DNA of 64,000 nt from Patescibacteria group bacterium (GCA_052034495.1 JBPOIL010000010.1:14457-78456); one strand, 5' to 3'. Positions 8,894 to 17,923 are shown, counted from the first letter of the stretch. The notes: generated by a model not told the origin, from the letters alone. A program made the numbers and translations.

Positions 8894-11071
8894 CTAATCC
8901 CTGCCTATTACTTTCTTGCTAAGGTTCAATCTGCCTTGTGAATCGATCTCCACGAGCTTGACGTCAAACTCATCGCCTTCCTTCAGGACAGTGTTAATGT
9001 CCTCCACCCGCTCGTCAGAAATCTGGCTGATGTGCAGCAGGCCGTCTTTGCCAGGCATAATTTCCATGAAGGCGCCGAAGTCCATTACTCGCACGACTTT
9101 TCCCTTATATACTCTGCCGACTTCTGGCTCGGCCACAAGGCTCTCAATCCACTCTTTGGCAGCCCTGGCCGCAGACTCATCGTTTGAAGCGATCATTACG
9201 AGGCCGGTGTCATCAATATCGATCTCCACGCCCGTTTCATCGATAATACGGTTAATCATTTCGCCGCCCTTACCAATAACTTCGCGGATCTTTTCTGGAT
9301 TAATGTTGAGCTTGGTAATGCGCGGTGCATATGGGCTGAGTTCTGGTCGTGGTGCGTCTAGGATCTCGAGTAACTTGCCCATGATGTGCTCACGCCCCTC
9401 GTGCGCTTGGGCTAAGGCATTCTTCATAATCTCTACAGTAATGCCTTTAACCTTAATGTCCATCTGAAGCGCAGTAATACCATCACTCGTTCCGGCAACC
9501 TTGAAATCCATGTCGCCAGCAAAGTCTTCAGTACCCTGAATGTCAGATAATACAATGTACGTACCAGGCTTGTCGTGATCGAGTACAAGACCCATAGCGA
9601 TGCCAGCAACTGGTTTGCGAATAGGAACGCCGGCGTCCATGAGGCTCAACGTAGAACCGCACACACTCGCCATAGATGTGGAGCCGTTCGAGCTCAGAAT
9701 TTCCGACACAACGCGGATGGTGTATGGGAATTCCTCGTGATCAGGCAGAACAGCTAGGAGCGCCTTTTCTGCCAAGTAGCCGTGTCCAATCTCGCGACGG
9801 CCGGCTGAGCGCATTGGCTTGGCCTCGCCCGTGGAGTATGGCGGGAAGTTATAGTGGTGCATGTAGCGCTTCTTGGTGTCTTCTTCCATAGTATCGATAA
9901 GCTGTGCATCGCTGGCTGGGCCTAGAGTCACAACGCTCAATGCCTGAGTACTGCCACGAGTAAATAAGGCGGAGCCGTGCGTACGTGGTAGTAAGCCAGT
10001 GTCGCCACTGATTGGACGAATCTCGGTAGTAGCGCGACCATCAGGTCGAGCGCCATCCTCTAGAATTGCGCGTCGGATCTCCATATCAATTACCTTGCCA
10101 AAAGCAGCCTTCACTTCGGCACGCGGATAGCGATCCTCGTTGGCTTCGTCGGTTGGGTTGTCTTCTAGAAAAGCTAGCTGATCAATCGCGTGCTGGCGGA
10201 GTTCCCCAAGAGATTCATTGCGCAGCTTGGCATCCTTGTGGCGCACGCCATCGCCAAGCTTGCCATCAAGCACCTTGGCTACTTTTTCTATAACTTCGCC
10301 TTCTGGCATGTGAAGGTCGAACTTCTGGGCCTTCACGCCCACAGCGGCAGCCATCTCCTCTTGGAGCTGAATAACCGGCTGCCAGGCTTCCTTGGCCAAA
10401 TCAAGCGCTTCAATGATTACGTCTTCGGCCACTTCGTTAGCTTCAGCCTCGACCATCATGATGGCGTCCTTGGTCCCTGCGACAGTTAGGCTTAATTTGC
10501 TATTCGCTAGCTGCTCAGCTGAAGGATAGGCAATCAACTCATCCCCCGCCATTCCGATGCGGCATGCGCCAACAGGACCGTCAAATGGCGCGCCTGAGAG
10601 CATAAGCGCACTCGAAGCGGCAATGATACTGATGATATCTGGTGTATGCTCTAAATCGGCACTCAATACCACCACGACTACTTGAACGTCGTTACGATAC
10701 CCCTTAGGGAACAGTGGTCGAATTGGTCGATCGATTAATCGACTCGTTAGAATGGCCTGCTCACTTGGGCGGCCTTCGCGCTTCACGAATCTACTGCCAG
10801 AAATCTTGCCAGCAGCATACATGCGCTCTTCGTAATCAACCATTAGGGGGAAGAAGTCGATACCTTCTCGAGGTTCGCTCGATGTCGTAGCTGTAGCCAT
10901 AACTACGGTGTCGCCATAACGCACTGTTACCGCGCCGTCAGCCATAAATGCCAATTTACCTGTCTCAATCGTTAGTTCGCGTCCTGCAAACTGCGTAGTA
11001 AAACGCTGAGTTTTACCACCAAATGGGTGGATTATCTCCATGTGTCTCCTATTCTCCCTTTGTCTTCGCAA
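8894..11071 (-). CDS. pnp: Polynucleotide phosphorylase (PNPase)
   Basis: Two RNase PH domains followed by KH and S1 domains. Sits in the conserved position downstream of rpsO. Confidence 0.95.
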   Translation of the reverse strand: MRRQRENRRHMEIIHPFGGKTQRFTTQFAGRELTIETGKLAFMADGAVTVRYGDTVVMATATTSSEPREGIDFFPLMVDYEERMYAAGKISGSRFVKREGRPSEQAILTSRLIDRPIRPLFPKGYRNDVQVVVVVLSADLEHTPDIISIIAASSALMLSGAPFDGPVGACRIGMAGDELIAYPSAEQLANSKLSLTVAGTKDAIMMVEAEANEVAEDVIIEALDLAKEAWQPVIQLQEEMAAAVGVKAQKFDLHMPEGEVIEKVAKVLDGKLGDGVRHKDAKLRNESLGELRQHAIDQLAFLEDNPTDEANEDRYPRAEVKAAFGKVIDMEIRRAILEDGARPDGRATTEIRPISGDTGLLPRTHGSALFTRGSTQALSVVTLGPASDAQLIDTMEEDTKKRYMHHYNFPPYSTGEAKPMRSAGRREIGHGYLAEKALLAVLPDHEEFPYTIRVVSEILSSNGSTSMASVCGSTLSLMDAGVPIRKPVAGIAMGLVLDHDKPGTYIVLSDIQGTEDFAGDMDFKVAGTSDGITALQMDIKVKGITVEIMKNALAQAHEGREHIMGKLLEILDAPRPELSPYAPRITKLNINPEKIREVIGKGGEMINRIIDETGVEIDIDDTGLVMIASNDESAARAAKEWIESLVAEPEVGRVYKGKVVRVMDFGAFMEIMPGKDGLLHISQISDERVEDINTVLKEGDEFDVKLVEIDSQGRLNLSKKVIGRD

Positions 11072-11198
11072 AAGGTGCTCTTCATAAGTGCCAGAGACAA
11101 TTGATCAACTTTTGATCACTTAACTCTATCACCTACAAAACGAGCAATTATTGTGTTCTATCTATGTCAAAAACGGCTGTCTAACGAACTGCTTGAAA

Positions 11199-11465
11199 TT
11201 AACGTCGAAGCTTGAGCTTCTTTACCAAAGACTCGTAACGTTTAGCGTCCTTCTTCTGGAGATAGTCCAAAAGTCGTCGGCGCTTACTCACCATTGCAAG
11301 CAAACCACGGCGGCTATGATTGTCGCCTTTGTGGAGCTTTAAGTGCTCAGTAAGTTGCTTGATTTTTTCGGTAAACAAAGCAATTTGAACCTCTGGTGAA
11401 CCAGTGTCCTTGCCGTGTACGGCGTTTGCTTTGATAAGTGTTTTCTTTTCAGTAGTTTGTAACAT
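11199..11465 (-). CDS. rpsO: 30S ribosomal protein S15
   Basis: 88-aa protein, sequence ...[32 protein letters not shown], typical of S15. Confidence 0.95.
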   Translation of the reverse strand: MLQTTEKKTLIKANAVHGKDTGSPEVQIALFTEKIKQLTEHLKLHKGDNHSRRGLLAMVSKRRRLLDYLQKKDAKRYESLVKKLKLRR

Positions 11466-11495
11466 CGTTATCCTATAGTAGCAGATTGTGCCTAC

Positions 11496-12143
11496 CTAAT
11501 CAAGGTGTACGGCGTCATCTAAATTATACTCCCCAACCCTGGTACGCGTGAGCGCACTCATGTAGGCACCTGTGCCCAGGGCCGCACCAATGTCCTCCAC
11601 GAGGCTACGAATGTACGTGCCGCTCGATACGTCAGCTCGAAAATGCAGTTTGGGGTAGCTATAATTCAGCAACTCAATGTGCGCGATGGTGACCTTGCGG
11701 GGCTCTATGGTTACTTCTTTGCCCGCTCGAGCCAACTTATACGCTCGCTGACCGCCTACCTTGATCGCCGAATATACTGGTGGCGTCTGCATAATCTCTC
11801 CCTGGAACTTGAGTAACGCTTGCCTGACATCGTCCTCGTCTGGTTGCTTATCAGACACCCGGGCTAGCTCGCCTTCGCGGTCCCCTGTTGTAGAGGTCTG
11901 GCCAAGCTTAGCCTCCACCTCGTAGGTCTTATCGAGCTTTAGGAAGCTATCTGCCTTACGGGTGTAGTCTTTGCCAACCAGAATGATCATCAATCCTTCG
12001 GCCTCAGGATCAAGCGTGCCTGCATGACCGACCTTTCGAATGCCAGTTATGCGTCGTACGCGCGCCACAACGCCAAACGAACTAATGCCCGTCGGCTTGT
12101 GAACCAACCACATACCCTCACCTGTAATTTCTGCATTTGCCAT
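11496..12143 (-). CDS. truB: tRNA pseudouridine(55) synthase TruB
   Basis: GHAGTLDPEAEGL catalytic motif. Conserved truB-rpsO-pnp gene order. Confidence 0.9.
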   Translation of the reverse strand: MANAEITGEGMWLVHKPTGISSFGVVARVRRITGIRKVGHAGTLDPEAEGLMIILVGKDYTRKADSFLKLDKTYEVEAKLGQTSTTGDREGELARVSDKQPDEDDVRQALLKFQGEIMQTPPVYSAIKVGGQRAYKLARAGKEVTIEPRKVTIAHIELLNYSYPKLHFRADVSSGTYIRSLVEDIGAALGTGAYMSALTRTRVGEYNLDDAVHLD

Positions 12144-12157
12144 AACTACAGTATAGC

Positions 12158-13273
12158 CTAGCTAGCTTCGAGTGGACTCTTCATTTCGAATGGAGAACTT
12201 GGCGCCTTTGCTGCCTTCGATTCGTCCCGACCAGCGTCCAATGCTTTTTCCAGGTTGTTCGGCGTCTTCGCTCGGTTTATCGAGTTTTTTTTTAAGCCGT
12301 TTGACTCGTCTTTAGACTCCTTAGGAGCATCCTCGTCTGAGTTTGTCGGTTTAGGGTTCTTAGCTGGCTCATCTTTTGGCGCGTCTTTTGGCTCACCACT
12401 ATCGTCCGATTTAGCCGAGGCTTCTGTTTCTGCTGCAGGTTTTTCTTCGACCTTTTTAGCTTCTGGCTTTGGCTGAGAATACACCTTGGCTGGCTCTTGG
12501 GCTTTCGGCTGTGGCTGACGTTCCTGTGCAACAAGTGCCTTTACAATCTCCTGCTGTTTCGCACCTGCCGACATCATCTGGGCGGCAATGGTAAGTGCCT
12601 TAGCGGTAGTAGCTGGAGCAGTAAAGTTCGCAGTGTTAGACATGAAGCTGGCTAAGAATGCTGTAGCAATAGGCGCATCGATCATGCCCTGGCCAAGTGA
12701 TTCGATGGTAGAAATAAGGATTTCAGCCACACATGTAGCAGTCGTGTCTACCAGGTTCACGCTACCGTAATTATCATTAATACGGTGGTAGTCGATGTTA
12801 ATTAAGTGCAATCCATCAAAGATTGTCGGGCTCGCTTCGTGTAGCCTATCGAGCTTAGACAGAGATGGTACGCCAAGAGCGATTACCAAATCAAACTGGT
12901 ATGCTCCGTAGCCAAAGCTAACGTCCTTGGCCTGGAAGTTCCCGCCATGAGGAGTAATCGTTACATCCAAGCGCTGGCCTTCGACGTCGTATTTGACCTT
13001 ATCCACCTGAGTAGAATGCATATCTAGGCTGATTATGAAGTCCCGTACGCCCTGCATGTCTTTGGCCACCATAGATGTATCAAGCACGCTTGCAACTTTA
13101 GGCAAACGATCAGTTATAACCACATTAGCAACCTTGCCAAGCTTAGTAAGCACAGCGTGAAGCCCAACGGCACTGGCCAGCTGGTCGTTATTCGGATCAC
13201 GACCGGTCACAATAAGTATGTTTTGTGCCTGGCGGATCAGTTCGGTTGTTTGCTGTTTGGGTGTTAAATCCAT
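12158..13273 (-). CDS. DHH/DHHA1 phosphoesterase (NrnA-like nanoRNase/pAp phosphatase) with a Lys/Pro/Glu-rich C-terminal tail
   Basis: N-terminal DHH fold. The C-terminal ~130 aa are low-complexity (KPEAKKVEEKPAAETEASAK...). Confidence 0.75.
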   Translation of the reverse strand: MDLTPKQQTTELIRQAQNILIVTGRDPNNDQLASAVGLHAVLTKLGKVANVVITDRLPKVASVLDTSMVAKDMQGVRDFIISLDMHSTQVDKVKYDVEGQRLDVTITPHGGNFQAKDVSFGYGAYQFDLVIALGVPSLSKLDRLHEASPTIFDGLHLINIDYHRINDNYGSVNLVDTTATCVAEILISTIESLGQGMIDAPIATAFLASFMSNTANFTAPATTAKALTIAAQMMSAGAKQQEIVKALVAQERQPQPKAQEPAKVYSQPKPEAKKVEEKPAAETEASAKSDDSGEPKDAPKDEPAKNPKPTNSDEDAPKESKDESNGLKKNSINRAKTPNNLEKALDAGRDESKAAKAPSSPFEMKSPLEAS

Positions 13274-13387
13274 GAGAATCCTTTGAGATTCACTATAATA
13301 GCAATTTTTGAGTGATTTGTCAATACTAGCACAAGCTTTTTACAGGTATACAGGTCTGTGGCCCGGGGACGAATCCCCGGGCCACGG

Positions 13388-13666
13388 TCACAACTTCTTT
13401 ACAACGCGCTCGGCAATCGGGCCCAATGCCCAGAAGATCGCACAGCTGGCGAGAAGCCAAACTGCGGTGGGATGGAACCCGGCGAGGAGAATGGCGGGGA
13501 TCGTGCCCGCAATCAGGCTCGTCAGCAACCGCCCGACCAGAATCAAACGCTTCTGCGCGCCCTGGTCTGGCCAACTGGGATCCTCCTTCCCAGATTCGCC
13601 GCTCCAGCCTGGAATTTGGCTTTCGTTCACGTCACGCTCCTTTGTAGCGTAGAGTTGTGCTTTCAA
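13388..13666 (-). CDS. Small membrane protein (two predicted transmembrane helices) in a high-GC islet
   Basis: High-GC ORF. A GC hairpin gcccgggga-cgaat-tccccgggc (13358-13383) follows the stop. Possible GTG start preceded by AAAGGAG. Confidence 0.35.
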   Translation of the reverse strand: MKAQLYATKERDVNESQIPGWSGESGKEDPSWPDQGAQKRLILVGRLLTSLIAGTIPAILLAGFHPTAVWLLASCAIFWALGPIAERVVKKL

Positions 13667-14114
13667 AGTCCCTTGCGAACCTGCGCGAATTTTACGCCTA
13701 GATGGTCAGAATAACAAGCCGCCATGCCATAAGCTCATTGACTTTTAGCCTCAACTTTGCTAGTATTTATAGCCCTGTCCGCTTTATGCAAGTTCAAAAG
13801 GATGTACAAACGTGCATTGCACGCATAGCCCATGTAAACTCACCTGCCCAGCGGTTCAGTCCGTCCTGGAATGGATCAAGCACATGCTCGACATGTTCGG
13901 GAACATCATGCTCAGTGGCGTAGAAACCCTGTGCGAAGACCTTCACCGACTCCCCCTCTGCACCCGCTAAGGGGCCAAGTCGCAAAGCGGATGGCGGTGT
14001 TCGAGGCCTCGCGGCCTCGGATGCCCATCCCAGCTATTATCCCACTCTCTTTACAGGAGAGCCCAGTTACGCTATAATAAGCGCTGTTTTAATTGATTCT
14101 AAGAAAGAGACTAC

Positions 14115-14522
14115 ATGCCAATTATCAAATCAGCCATTAAGCGCGTTCGTCAGCAAAAAGTCCGACGTGCTCGCAACGTGGAAACCAAGACCGAAGTCCG
14201 CAAGCAAATTAAGCTCTTCCGAGCTGATGTATCTGCTGCAGACCTTAAAAAGGCCCAGGCCGACCTCGTAGCTGCCGTGTCTAAGCTCGACCGCGCCGTA
14301 AAGCGTGGCGTATTGCACAAGAACACTGCCGCTCGTAAAAAGAGCCAGCTCACCAAAGAGTACAACGCCGTAGCGGCCAAGCCATATGGCACAGAGAACC
14401 CAGGCACTGCCAAGGCTAAGCCAGCCGCAAAGAAGGCACCAGCCAAGGCTCCTGCCAAAAAGGCCGCTCCGAAGGCAACTGCCTCAAAGAAGCCAGCTGC
14501 CAAAAAGCCAGCTAGCAAGTAA
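14115..14522 (+). CDS. rpsT: 30S ribosomal protein S20 with an Ala/Lys/Pro-rich C-terminal extension
   Basis: MPIIKSAIKRVRQQKVRRARN... matches the S20 N-terminus. A TATAAT -10 box lies at ~14068. The tail is AKPAAKKAPAKAPAKK. Confidence 0.9.
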   Translation: MPIIKSAIKRVRQQKVRRARNVETKTEVRKQIKLFRADVSAADLKKAQADLVAAVSKLDRAVKRGVLHKNTAARKKSQLTKEYNAVAAKPYGTENPGTAKAKPAAKKAPAKAPAKKAAPKATASKKPAAKKPASK

Positions 14523-14539
14523 AGGCTTCTCGCCTACTA

Positions 14540-14566
14540 AAAAGACCCTCATCTGAGGGTCTTTTT
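14540..14566. terminator. Bidirectional intrinsic terminator between rpsT(+) and holA(-)
   Basis: aaaagaccctca-tctg-agggtcttttt: a perfect stem with A/T runs on both sides. Confidence 0.8.
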
Positions 14567-15503
14567 AGTTAGCCTGCTCGTCTTTCCTGCACAGAGCAAT
14601 AATCAGGTCCTGCAATGCGCCGCGGCTATCCTTGTTACCCGACTTAATGCTGTAATCGGCATCAATAATCAGCTTGTAGGCGTGCTTGAGGTCTTCCATC
14701 GCCACTCGCGTAGCAACTCGGCTGGCGTTTTTAGCCGCGTAGGGCGAAATACCAAAGTCCTTCATCCATCCGTCCCCTCGACCCAGGTTGTCGCTAGCAA
14801 GCACGATATTTCTATACTGCCACACTAACATAGCGAGTATCTGCTGATCAGCCACCCCCTGGCGAGTAAGTGCTTTGTACATTTTCATTGCTCGGTCCAA
14901 GTTCTGAGCCACCACTGAATCAGTTAGTTCGAATATAGTCTGCTCTACATTCGGCACCACAAGCTCATCGATTGCTGCTTGCGACACGTTAGGGTCATAA
15001 GCCACGAGCTTGCGGACTTCCTGGACTAATTGCCATTGGTCATTGCCAACCGTGCGAATCAGGTTCATAGCCAAGCCAGGGTTTATGCTCCCGCCCAGCT
15101 TGGTCGCCTCTGCAATCAGCCAATCCCGCAATTGTGGATCACTTAGCTTCTTGAACTCTTTGGCCTGTTTGAGTTTTGAGAGCGTTTTGAAGTATACACT
15201 ACGCCTATCCACCTTGGGTTCTTCTATGAGCATAACGGTCGTATCGGATACTGCAGCTAAGATATCGTCGATACTCTCGGTCGCCTTTTTGTTATCCCCC
15301 AACCCGCGCACGATTATGAATCTGCTCATAGCGAGTAACGGCATCACGGCCAAAGCATCGAGCAAATCAACGGCCTTCTTCTCGCCCATATCAATTACCT
15401 CGAGGTTCAAGTCGCCATCAGACTTTTTAATATAGTGCTGCTTGAGCCGCTCGACTTCCTGTCGCATTGCGTAGCTGTTCTCGCCATAAAAGAATAGAAT
15501 CAT
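14565..15503 (-). CDS. holA: DNA polymerase III delta subunit
   Basis: MILFFYGENSYAMRQEVERLK... matches the HolA N-terminus. Length 312 aa. Confidence 0.8.
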   Translation of the reverse strand: MILFFYGENSYAMRQEVERLKQHYIKKSDGDLNLEVIDMGEKKAVDLLDALAVMPLLAMSRFIIVRGLGDNKKATESIDDILAAVSDTTVMLIEEPKVDRRSVYFKTLSKLKQAKEFKKLSDPQLRDWLIAEATKLGGSINPGLAMNLIRTVGNDQWQLVQEVRKLVAYDPNVSQAAIDELVVPNVEQTIFELTDSVVAQNLDRAMKMYKALTRQGVADQQILAMLVWQYRNIVLASDNLGRGDGWMKDFGISPYAAKNASRVATRVAMEDLKHAYKLIIDADYSIKSGNKDSRGALQDLIIALCRKDEQAN

Positions 15504-15523
15504 ACCTTACATTGTACCCTACC

Positions 15524-16006
15524 TCAGGTATAGAGTTTGGCAATCTTCTCAATGATCTGGGTTGTCGACACCTCTTCACTAAAACGAGGAATTGCCACGA
15601 GCTGAGTGCCCTGAGCATTAAGCCACTCTTCGTCTTCGAACCAGGCCGGATGCTCTTGACCAAAGACAAAAAAGTCAGGTTTTAGATCTTTAAGCAGTTT
15701 GTGCCCACGAATGGCAAGGTTCGGGGTGTGGCTCGGGGCAATAAATACATAGTCAACGCCGCCTAGTCCGTCCACAATAGCCGCCCGCTGTTCTTGAGGA
15801 ATTATTGGTCGCTTTTCCCCCTTCCTAGCTCTTGCCCTGTCATCCGGGGTAATGCCAATAACTACAATTTCCCCCTGTGACTTCAAGTGTTTTACTAGGT
15901 CGAGGTGGCCGATATGAAAGAGGTCAAATACACCGCCCGAATATGCGATAGTCTGGCCTTCGTGCTTCTTGCGGATATCTGGAAGGTCTTCTAGCGGTAT
16001 GATCAT
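15524..16006 (-). CDS. Cytidylyltransferase-like nucleotidyltransferase (glycerol-3-phosphate cytidylyltransferase / RfaE domain-II type)
   Basis: HIGH-type nucleotidyltransferase motif GGVFDLFHIGHLDLV. Length 160 aa. Confidence 0.75.
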   Translation of the reverse strand: MIIPLEDLPDIRKKHEGQTIAYSGGVFDLFHIGHLDLVKHLKSQGEIVVIGITPDDRARARKGEKRPIIPQEQRAAIVDGLGGVDYVFIAPSHTPNLAIRGHKLLKDLKPDFFVFGQEHPAWFEDEEWLNAQGTQLVAIPRFSEEVSTTQIIEKIAKLYT

Positions 16007-16030
16007 GTGACCATTCTACACTGTACTGGG

Positions 16031-16096
16031 AAATAAAAAAGGACCCTGCCGGCCGGCTCGCCTCCCGAAGGGTTTGAGCCAGCCAACCGAGTCGTC
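16031..16096 (-). repeat. Copy A of a ~65-bp conserved palindromic repeat (terminator-like or attC-like)
   Basis: gaAATAAAAAAGGACCCtGCcGGCCGGCTC-gcctcccgaagggttt-GAGCCaGCCAaCCGAGTCGTCA. Lies immediately 3' of the minus-strand ORF 16095..16487. The stem is imperfect. Confidence 0.7.
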
Positions 16097-16487
16097 AGTG
16101 GCACATGCGAGCATGACGCCTGGCCTCCTTGCGCGAGAAGCCATGCTCCATGTAATACTTGCGCGAGTCTCGCCGACGCCGCGAGCGCTCGAAGTCCTTG
16201 TGGACACCCGGCAAGAGACGCTCCGCCCCCATCTCACTGGAATAGTTCTGGCAAAAGTTAGCCAGGCACCTCAGAGGACTCTTCAGCCTTATGAGCACCA
16301 GTAGCAGTATGAGCACGGTGGCCGCACCACGCCACAACAAGACCAGCTTGAGCACGAACCACAACAGGCCGACGAAGACCAGAAGAGGGCCCATGCTCCA
16401 AGTCACCAAGCTGGCAAGCAAGCAGAAGCCTGCGAGCAAGATGGTAACGAACCCCAACTGCTGCCTCGTCATGGGATCTTGCGGCAA
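16095..16487 (-). CDS. Hypothetical membrane protein: three predicted transmembrane helices and an Arg-rich C-terminal tail. High GC.
   Basis: TTG or internal ATG start (MTRQQLGFVTILLAGF...). Three hydrophobic helices, then ERSRRRRDSRKYYMEHGFSRKEARRHARMCH. Confidence 0.4.
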   Translation of the reverse strand: MPQDPMTRQQLGFVTILLAGFCLLASLVTWSMGPLLVFVGLLWFVLKLVLLWRGAATVLILLLVLIRLKSPLRCLANFCQNYSSEMGAERLLPGVHKDFERSRRRRDSRKYYMEHGFSRKEARRHARMCH

Positions 16488-16631
16488 CCACCAGCGGATT
16501 GCCGCGCGGGCATGCTGACGGACGGTCAGCGACGTATCGAGGTCAGTGGTGATCTCGGTGGTATTTCCTCCTTATGAGGTACGGGTGGACACACAAAGTA
16601 TGCTACTACGCATGGATAATTTCAACCCCTT

Positions 16632-16699
16632 GAAATAAAAAGGACCCCGCTGGCCGGCTCGCCTCCCGAAGGATTTGAGCCGGCCAGCCGAGTCGTCAC
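16632..16699 (-). repeat. Copy B of the ~65-bp palindromic repeat (perfect 12-bp stem)
   Basis: GAAATAAAAAGGACCCC-GCTGGCCGGCTC-gcctcccgaaggattt-GAGCCGGCCAGC-CGAGTCGTCA. On the minus strand it reads as hairpin, then GGGGTCC, then TTTTTATTTC. Confidence 0.75.
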
Positions 16700-16947
16700 G
16701 CGCGAAGTTCGAGCTCCCTCTCGGTTCCATCAGCCGCCCGAACAATGATGACACCCCCCTCCAGGGCACCACACTCGACGAGCCATCCAAGCGTCTGGAG
16801 GGAAGACCTCAAGACCCAACTTGTATTCACGCCGAATCTGTCTTTGAGTCCTTCGAGGATGGCTTTCTCCTCGCGATTGACCCTGACCTGCAAGGTTTCC
16901 TCGCGGGACTGTGTACTGGACAAACTGAGCACCTGACGATCTGCCAC
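16696..16947 (-). CDS. Ribbon-helix-helix-like small protein, paralog A (~83 aa). It is the 3' part of the annotated 228-aa ORF.
   Basis: A GTG start is preceded by AAGGAGG plus 8 nt. Sequence ADRQVLSLSSTQSREETLQVRVNREEKAILEGL...VIIVRAADGTERELELRA is homologous to ORF 17620..17868. The upstream 140 codons of the table ORF are compositionally non-coding. Confidence 0.5.
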   Translation of the reverse strand: MADRQVLSLSSTQSREETLQVRVNREEKAILEGLKDRFGVNTSWVLRSSLQTLGWLVECGALEGGVIIVRAADGTERELELRA

Positions 16948-17491
16948 AACAACTACCTCCTTATTGGGTGCGGTGAAAACCGCTAGTATGGGGCTTTCTA
17001 ACCTAGACTTCAAGTCCAAAAACGAAAGAAGCCCCAGCCGGCCCCGCCCTTCCACCCGCCGAAGCGTGGTGGTTGGTACGGGACCGGCCGAAGCCGACGT
17101 GCGGTTGGCATGGCATGCATACTTCCCCGCGGGATGTCGCTGTCGCTGTGAGCTGAAGGCTGTGAGCCGACTGCCGATGGCGATGCGCAGGCTCCTGTGA
17201 CCCTGGGCAGGGGGCCGTAGACACACTCGAGCGCTCGAGTCAGGAGCTTTGCCTGCTCCAACCGTACCTCTAGTTCCCAGCTCTCGCCAAGGAGATTCGG
17301 CCTGCCTACGTATCAACCTACGTGGTGATCCGTGGATCTTTCCACTCCACCGTTCTGCGCAAGGCATCGGGTTTGGGGTCAATTCTCGTCTTTCCGAGCC
17401 GGCAACGGTCTCTCCCGTTCGTTTTTTAGATAGAAGGGGTTACGATCCCCACGTGATGGCGTCCGGCTTTTTGTTTTGCGGGACAAAAAAT

Positions 17492-17519
17492 ATTATACCA
17501 AACTTACCCAATGTGTCAA
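17492..17519 (-). promoter_or_regulatory. Consensus sigma-70 promoter (TTGACA-N16-TATAAT) reading toward RHH paralog A
   Basis: The minus strand reads TTGACAcattgggtaagtttggTATAAT, immediately downstream of repeat copy C. A ~500-nt high-GC leader follows. Confidence 0.6.
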
Positions 17520-17527
17520 TAGGGCGA

Positions 17528-17593
17528 GAATAAAAAGGACCCCGCTGGCCGGCTCGCCTCCCGGAGGATTTGAGCCAGCCAGCCGAGTCGCCA
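17528..17593 (-). repeat. Copy C of the ~65-bp palindromic repeat
   Basis: GAGAATAAAAAGGACCCC-GCTGGCCGGCTC-gcctcccggaggattt-GAGCCaGCCAGC-CGAGTCGCCA. Lies immediately 3' of ORF 17620..17868. Confidence 0.75.
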
Positions 17594-17619
17594 ACGGCTG
17601 CAAGCACCGCAAGAGAACG

Positions 17620-17868
17620 CTACAGCAAGACATGAACGCGTTCAGTCGAACCATCTGCCCTACGGATAAATAGCTCACCGCCCTTGTCTTTCACCTCCTC
17701 CAGGTACCATAGGTACATCTTCATCGCATCATTGGTCAAGGCGGCAAGAGATCTTTCCATATCTGTCGACCGCTCTCTCAGCCTGGTGGCCGTAGCCGGA
17801 TTGAGACTCAGTGACATCTTCACAGCCGGCACCGCATCAGTCCTGGGCATTGCGCACCTACCTTGCAT
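17620..17868 (-). CDS. Ribbon-helix-helix-like small protein, paralog B
   Basis: ...KMSLSLNPATATRLRERSTDMERSLAALTNDAMKMYLWYLEE...FIRRADGSTERVHVLL shows the beta-strand/helix/helix pattern of CopG/Arc-type folds. The C-terminal RADG(S)TER motif is shared with paralog A. An upstream promoter TTGAAA-N17-TATAGT lies at ~17880-17915. Confidence 0.5.
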   Translation of the reverse strand: MQGRCAMPRTDAVPAVKMSLSLNPATATRLRERSTDMERSLAALTNDAMKMYLWYLEEVKDKGGELFIRRADGSTERVHVLL

Positions 17869-17923
17869 TAGGGATTACGGATGATTACGATACTATAACA
17901 CTATAGTTAATACTTTTCAATAG

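Noticed and set aside
16626-16700. Canonical integron attC core sites (RYYYAAC / GTTRRRY) in the repeat
   Set aside because: I could not find clear core or inverse-core sequences by eye. The cassette-array idea is therefore kept only as a hypothesis (see first finding) and is not asserted as an integron.
16016-16790. ORFs 16016..16237 and 16572..16790, which share the peptide ...AGRLK(P/S)FGRRAG(R)QGPF...
   Set aside because: The shared peptide is just the translation of the conserved 65-bp repeat in one frame. These are not genes.
16696-17382. 228-aa ORF treated as a single gene
   Set aside because: Only the C-terminal ~83 aa has protein-like composition, paralog homology and a ribosome-binding-site-supported GTG start. 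The N-terminal 140 codons are an in-frame read-through of a GC-rich leader.
16031-17593. CRISPR array, given three direct repeats
   Set aside because: The repeats are ~65 bp, spaced 530-830 bp apart, with genes and promoters between them. No short regular spacers or cas genes are present.
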